In this document: piece by piece, positions 56,381 through 64,000 of the stretch
Numbering within the stretch: position 1 is the stretch's first letter
How the letters are laid out: every line of letters begins with the position of its first letter
Origin: Chrysomallon squamiferum
Taxonomy: Eukaryota; Animalia; Mollusca
Reading direction: 5' to 3'
NCBI GenBank assembly: GCA_012295275.1
Contig: CM022670.1
Coordinates: 24,180,001-24,244,000 of the forward strand
DNA: 64,000 bases
Notes under the pieces: model-generated
What the model saw: only the letters and a program-made list of their open reading frames with translations
The model's database searches: none
Told to the model about the DNA's origin: nothing
Position numbers and translations under genes: made by a program

Positions 56381-57932
56381 TAAATAAGACTTTAGTGGGT
56401 TTTTTAATGCCCCAGCAGCATGAAGATTTATTGTCAGTAAATTAATTTTAAAATAATCAAAGAAACTGAAATTGCGGTCGCTTACAGTATCTATAATTAT
56501 CAACATTTGTAATAACAAATTTGGCTGAAAACTGATTTAATTACAAATAAACACGATTTGTTTAGATTATATTTTTGTCGCATCTTCATTCGTTAATCCT
56601 AATGTTTATTCAATCCATGTTTTATTTATTCATACTCTAACATCCTGTACCTCATTACAATTATAAATAATTTACAATGTTCAGACATTAACCAAATTAT
56701 TTTGTTAAGGAAATATCTTTTTCAAAAGGATTAACAAATACATTATAGAATCGTTTGTAATTTTAATATTCAGAATATAAGTTAATACCTATAATAAGAA
56801 CTAGTCTTTCAATTGAACTATGTATTCACGGTTCTCTATTTGGATATCTTTTTTTTTTTATTTTAAAAAAATATTTATATCCCTCTTTTTTTTTTTCTTT
56901 TTTTTTTTTTTTAATGTGTTTATTATTAAATAAATCTGCCCGTTTATATTTTTAAGATAAAAAAAAGTATTTATTTATATATATATATAGATATTTAAAT
57001 GTAGTGTATAACTGAATGGGTATATGACAAGATACTTATGACAAATGATATATTTTTAACATATTTATGTCTACCCTTGTTTATTTAGTTTTGCTTTCCT
57101 TTATCCGTGCTGGTATAGAAATAAATAATAGTATGTCACAGGTGACAATTAGCTCTCGGTTCGTGCATTCGCTCGATTAAATTAACAACAAATGTGTTTC
57201 TGCCATTGTGTCGTACGTTACAAATTCAGTGCCTCTAAACCGTTAAATAAACGTAGATTTTAGTATCACGTATAAAAACAGCTTTGACGCGCTAATAAAA
57301 AGTGATGTCAAAAGTCCTTGTATTTTATCTTGACAAGTCACCTGCGACTGTTTATGCACCTGCAAACTGTCCGCTGTAATACTTCTAACAGTTTTTAATA
57401 CCATCAAAATCTATGATTTTCCCATTTGAATAAAGTGCCGGAGTTAGAAATCTTGTGTGAAAAAAAAAATAACAAAAAATAAAAGGCTACAAAACTTTCA
57501 ATGGCGGCTTTCATAAAGCGTTTAGTTTTCGCTTTCACGCTTGTAAAATAACATTTCGCTATTATTTCGGAGGTTTGTGAAGACTCATTTTCAAACGTCA
57601 AAGAAAGATTTATCAATAATATGACGGAATTAGAACTCCATACAACCAAAAGGCAAGCGAATGGTTGGTCGACATTTTTCACATTGGACTTTTCATTCAG
57701 GCTGAAGCAATAATATTTTCGATATTATTTTTTAATGGCTAGCAGTCTTCTGAGGAAGTTCTTAGAAAGTAATAATAAAAACGTTCTATAAATGTGACAA
57801 TACTGGTACTCCAGACGAATGTACTGGAAGTTTCAGCTTATGAAAATCATCCTGATGCACGAAACCATCGTACATTATTCTTAAAACTATTAACGTATTA
57901 ATAACAACAACGATAAATAAATACATAAATAA

Positions 57933-57969
<37 letters not shown>

Positions 57970-58062
57970 AATTAACCGATTAATATTTGAATATATGTGT
58001 ATAATCATTGTCTATTAACGTTTATGCATGTGTGTATATGTATGTATGTATATGTATGTGTA

Positions 58063-58097
<35 letters not shown>

Positions 58098-58555
58098 TCT
58101 TCAAAAAAAGTAGGGGAAACCTGAAATAATAACCTTATTCTAGGAAGGGCCATTAATCACTGTGGGAAAATTACTTTTGTCAGTCGTTTTCAGTTTGCTG
58201 ATCACACAGTTGTTATTGTTTTATTTTTAATGTTTGAACTGCACTGCGATGAGCGTCTACGTGCTACGGAACATTCTGCAAACGGGCAGAAATAAGTGGC
58301 CAATAATTTCGATGTTTCGAATTCGGGGATTAGGTACCTACAAACCCAAAATATTGACGACCGACCCTTATTTAGGTCGTCCCAGGGCAATGGCAGCAGT
58401 TCAGGGTTGATTAATCCGTAACGAGGCTGTAAAAAATCGAGTGAATCGGAAATGAGATCGTTGCACACCTGGTGTCCGAGTTAGAAACCCTCTTCATGAA
58501 CCCCACACCTAATTTACCGTCTGATTCTGGCAAATGTAAATTCATATTCACCTAC

Positions 58556-58590
<35 letters not shown>

Positions 58591-59281
58591 TTATTTATTT
58601 ATTTATTTATTTATTATTTTATTATTTTATTTTTTTATTATTTTATTTTATTTTATTTTATTATTATTTTATTTTTTTGCTTAACCATTGGTGATGTTTT
58701 GCGTTGTTTCATGTTTGAACAGTTTTGTTTTGTCTTACAGTGTTATAGAAGTCACAGAGGGAAGTCCCAGCACGCTCTGAGCAGGGAAGATCTTAATAAT
58801 TTGTTCCATGCAACGACTTCCATTTATGACGATATTTTATTTATTGTTTTATTTTGTCTTGTCACCTTTAATATTATTCTAACAAATCGGGGGCGTCCAT
58901 TAATGCATAAAAACGATGTACCGTTGATACACGCATTGTAAAAGAAAATATTCTTTCATTGTCAGGAGGGAAATATATTCACTACATGTTTGTTTCACGT
59001 TTATTATTATTATTATTTTTTTTTTTTTTTTTTTTTTTTTTCCGCTAGGTTAAAAATTATTGCTGTGTTTTTAAAATCTCTTTATTTCGTAGCCGGAAAT
59101 AATTAATAGGACTTTGATACTTCTTTCACTGTAACGGGAATTTTTCTGTTTTCTTTATTATCCAAGTTCCCAGTTTGATACATGTTATTACTTCCTATCT
59201 TAAACATGGCTGAATGTTTTATTTGATTTCTTTTCTTTTTGGGTATTTTGTTATCTGTTAAAAACAGCTTTAAGATGTTTA

Positions 59282-59283
<2 letters not shown>

Positions 59284-59370
<87 letters not shown>
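59284..59370. repeat. (CT)n microsatellite
   Basis: Perfect run. Confidence 0.95.
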
Positions 59371-59372
<2 letters not shown>

Positions 59373-60887
59373 CCCCCCATGTTACCAATAAACACATCAA
59401 TTTTTTACGAAATATTATTCAAGTTTAAGCAAAGGTAACCATAATGATTATTATTACAGAAGGATGATGGCTTTTTAAAACTTTTTGTGTAATTTTAAAT
59501 TAAATTTGACTGTACAATCAAACAGTTTCATTGATGGCTACGTTACATTTTGAAGCAAACCACTTATCGTCTCTGTAAGTGAAAATTAGAATACCGTGTA
59601 GTCAACGTTAGGCATTGTAGGCGCGGGATCTCGTTTAACGATTTGTTCACCACTTTAGGTCCCCACCATTCACCGTGCCAGTGATAAATGATCGTCCGTG
59701 ACAAATGGATAAACAGACTGTGTTTGTGACTGTTATAATAACATTTAAAAACGGATTACTCTTTAATACAAACCTGCACAATGAGATTTCATGCTTGCTA
59801 AGTCGTGGATCACATCAATTTGGTTTTTTCGGGTTTTTTTTTTTTTCTTCTTGCTGTTGCTCACTTTGAGATTAAGTGTTCGCCTTATCATATTTATTTT
59901 ACAGAACAAAATAAATATTTTCCCAATTCAGAAGATCAAGCATTAACCGCCCATTAAAAAAAAGAAAAAAAAAAAAAAAAAGAAGACGATACAGAAAAAG
60001 AAATGGAAAAAGAAAACTACACGTTACGACACATTATCACATTTTGGTATTTTGTTATTAAAATGCTTGATGACTGTGATAAAAAAAAAATAATAATAAT
60101 AAAAAAGGAAACATGCTGTCGCCAAGTGATTTTTTATTTTCAGTTTATAGCACATTTATAGCACAGAAAAACCACACCTTCGTAAACTTAGATATATATA
60201 TATAAATATAAAATAAATACATGTAGAGACGAATCGCTGACAGGTCGGTACAAACCATGTTCCTCCACCTGTTATAGTCTCATTTATTAGCTGATTACTC
60301 AGTTAATAACTAATCCTGCTGGTTTCTTTGCCTTGTTTTTAACATGTTTTAGTTGTATTGCAATTCGATATTTATTTGATTTCTTTGAAGAAACCTAAAG
60401 TTGAAAAATAAAACAACAACAATATTATTAATATATATATATTTTTTAAAATTTTTTTTATTTTTATATATAGTTTTTAATGTTTCACAAATTAAATGCA
60501 AAGGAACAAGATGCTTATGGAATATTTATTTGTTTGTTTCCTTTTTATTTACGACAGCATGCTCTTTATTGAAGTAAATAATCTTTGCCGTTAAAGTAAA
60601 ATGTAAATTGCTCAACGGACACTGGAAAGCAGCAGGTTCATACAGCGGACTTGAAACCCGGTGTGAAAGAAACCCGAGCGAGTAATGATAACGAGACCAC
60701 AGTTACAAAATGTCCACTGAGGCGTGCAGATCTTTGGTCTCTTTTCTTGCTGGAGTCTTTTCACTTATTTTAAAAGTACGAGTGAAACTGGGCCACTGTT
60801 TGTAATACAGTAGAGTTAATCTACTTTTTTTTGTACATAAACCTATTTCAGAACAATCTCAGAATAATCTGATATTTTAGAATTGTC

Positions 60888-61008
<121 letters not shown>

Positions 61009-61754
61009 TTAAATATATAGAAACATTTGATTCATTGATGAGGCACTTTAAAATCTTGCTATATCAGTTTATTTGATTTCTGCATTGACTGGGTAATTCC
61101 AGTTCAGTTCTGAAGTCATGAATGGTTGCCACTTCTTGTATGTTAATTTAAAACAAGTACAAGAATGTGTTTTAACAGACTAATGACAAAGAAGGCAGCC
61201 AGTTTAAGTCCAGAAAAAACCCGCCAAATACACAATCAGAAACCTCTTTAAATTATTTTACTCTGGTTATAAAAACAATTCATATAAACAATGGTATCGA
61301 TATAATCTTCCATTCACTATAACATGCAAGAAAATTACTTTACAAATTTTGTTTGACTAGCATTGTGCCGTGACTGTTAAAACTTTAGGTAAATACAATA
61401 TAAACGAGAAATTACGGATTGTTGACAGTGTAAATTTGGTTAGCGGTCAAACAGTCATTCTTTCGTAACACGGCACTGTTAGCTGAAAAGCTTGACTGGC
61501 AGGTGATGAAGATTTTAAAAACACCGCTATCAGCTGAATCACAGATCTGAGTTTAAATGAAAACATGTTAATATACTGTGACTTAAACAAACTGGTATTA
61601 TAATCTTTATGGGTACATACTTTAAAAAGAAAGAATATATATATATATACAAAATTAATTAAAAACTTTTGATTAAATCTAAGCAGCTTGGTGTTGTTAG
61701 ATACAGGCCGCTGATGCTAAATATACATTACGTCAAGTGTTAATTAACTGATAA

Positions 61755-61758
<4 letters not shown>

Positions 61759-61844
<86 letters not shown>
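61759..61844. repeat. (GA)n microsatellite
   Basis: Perfect run. Confidence 0.95.
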
Positions 61845-61848
<4 letters not shown>

Positions 61849-63270
61849 AAGTTAATTAATATTTTTCAAATTTATTATAATAAAATAGAGAGCTCTCTCA
61901 TAAATATACTCATATCACTCAATTGAAACGTAATAAATAATTGACGTAATATCTTTAGTCAGTTTATCAATGTCTGATTGTATCTCACTGCAAGTTAAAA
62001 ACAAACTGAAAACATAAAATAAATAAAATTTCTTGAAGCGGCATACTGGAATATAAGGAGATTATAAGATTTAGAAAACTGTACAGACTACTTTGGAAAT
62101 AACCGAGTTCAAATAAATCTGCACAACGCAGGCTCATACAAATCTTGAATATTGTTAGAAACACTTACAATATATTCCCTGTTATGTAGAGCTTTACAAT
62201 AATAAAATACGTATGAAAACCTGTTATAAATAAGTAACGTTTTTAATTCCAACATCTTACTGAAATCTGTTTTAAATATGAATATAAGCACGCACAGATA
62301 TATATAATCGTATGTACTGGACGTATTACAGTTCAGTCAGTTTGTTTGTAAATCCACAAACAAGGAAAACAAATAATATCTATCTATATATATATTTATG
62401 AAATTATAATTTCGATGTTAGTAAAATAAAAATATAGACATTTGAAAGAATTTTGTTGTTGTTGTTTTTTGTTATTTGTTTTTGTCATTCGCGTTTCCTC
62501 TGTTTATTAGTATTTAAAAATATTTTCCAAATCGTTATATGTGTCGAAACAACAGTTTGCCAGTAAATTTACTGCTGGTATTTAAATAATAAAAACAATA
62601 ATAATTAGATGATTTTTTTCGGGTTATTTTCACCTCACCAAATAAATATGTATATAAAGCTGTAGCAATATATCGTATCGTGAACTTTAGATACATGCAG
62701 ACTTTTCTTAATCAAAAATCTGAATCGCACACTAAAAGCAAAATAATATACGATATAAACACACACATATACACACACACACATACACACACACACACAC
62801 ACACACATATATACATATATACACATTTATGCACATGTAAATATAAACTTTTGTATGAAATGCTACTTACGAATATATTATAAAAGAGTTTATGAAAAGG
62901 AAAAAGACTTATCTATTGAATTAAAAATTTTAATAATTTGTTTCTTTGCATGGAAATGAATAAAATATATGCTTTGTACTCATCAAATGCATTTGCTTGC
63001 AATTATAGAAAAAAGAAAAGCAACATTATTTTAATACAATTTTTATTTTGTTGTATTCGTTTTGACTGATGCTATATAAAAATGTTGTACATACATACAT
63101 ACATAGAGACATACGTACATACATACATACATAAATACATACACATACAAACACACACACATACATACATATAATTAGTAAAAATTTAAAGAGGAATATT
63201 TTTTATATTATTATGTAAATTGTCTCAACAGCTGTTACTAAATCTACTTAGTAAAGTAACATAATTATTT

Positions 63271-63310
<40 letters not shown>

Positions 63311-63352
63311 CATACATACATACATATATATTAATATGCATTGATATGTGGG

Positions 63353-63398
<46 letters not shown>

Positions 63399-64000
63399 GA
63401 TTCCTGAAAATTTCGAACATTAACACATAAACACAAATAACTAGAATACCAGAATAGTATACATTATATTTATTATTCTAATAATAAATATATTTGTCAT
63501 GGATTATATATAATATGCAGTAGAATTTTAATGGAAACGAAAGGATTAGTCATATAATAATAAATAATATAATTTTTGTTTAGCATAGTGACAAGTGATT
63601 GAATGAATCAGAGGAAGCTTGTTAAGTAAAACAACATAATACTCTTTTGAGGAAATATAATAAGTAAGTAAATAAATAATTGTTTTTCTCGTAGTCATAT
63701 GATGGGATGCTTCTGACGTCCAAGGGAAGAACTGAATCATAATCTGTTAAATGGTTACTTACACCTTCGCCTTTTAGCAATACTGGTAACATAGCGAATG
63801 GCTTTTCACATACATTTCCCCATATTTCCTTTTCAGTTCGTGAAATAACAACATTCTGAAGTTAAATCATTCGTCTTCAAAACAGTTATTAATTTCGAAT
63901 ACCTTCGTATTTAAAAAAAAAATAATGGTTCCATTTTTATAATTACTGCTATAGGTAAGTATAACAGGGTTCTATACCAGGCCAACTGTTGCTGAAGGAC

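Noticed and set aside
60640-60720. tRNA/SINE (B-box-like GGTTTCAAGTCC on the minus strand)
   Set aside because: No A box or cloverleaf could be built.

Overview
AT-rich animal genomic DNA with long introns and many microsatellites. It is probably from a lophotrochozoan such as a mollusc, which is an inference from composition and protein style. Most of the window is the 3' part of one plus-strand FERM-and-PDZ-domain gene (FRMPD1/3/4 family, FRMPD4/Preso-like). I traced 17 phase-compatible GT-AG coding exons from 5050 to 47630: the end of the PDZ domain, the full FERM domain, a long Ser/Pro-rich region and a C-terminal helical bundle. The 5' exons lie upstream of the window. The last exon carries a reading-frame break near 47050. 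Introns hold minisatellites, including a 46-bp array that duplicates a splice acceptor 13 times, plus decayed LINEs. Downstream of the gene are I-clade and Tx1/L1-like LINE relics and a full-length U2 snRNA copy split by a ~295-bp insertion. Best second-look items are the frameshifted last exon, a candidate internal promoter/start exon for a C-terminal-only isoform, the acceptor array, the split U2, an intronic hairpin and a CpG boundary at ~53.2 kb. Nothing here is prokaryotic and there is no CRISPR array.
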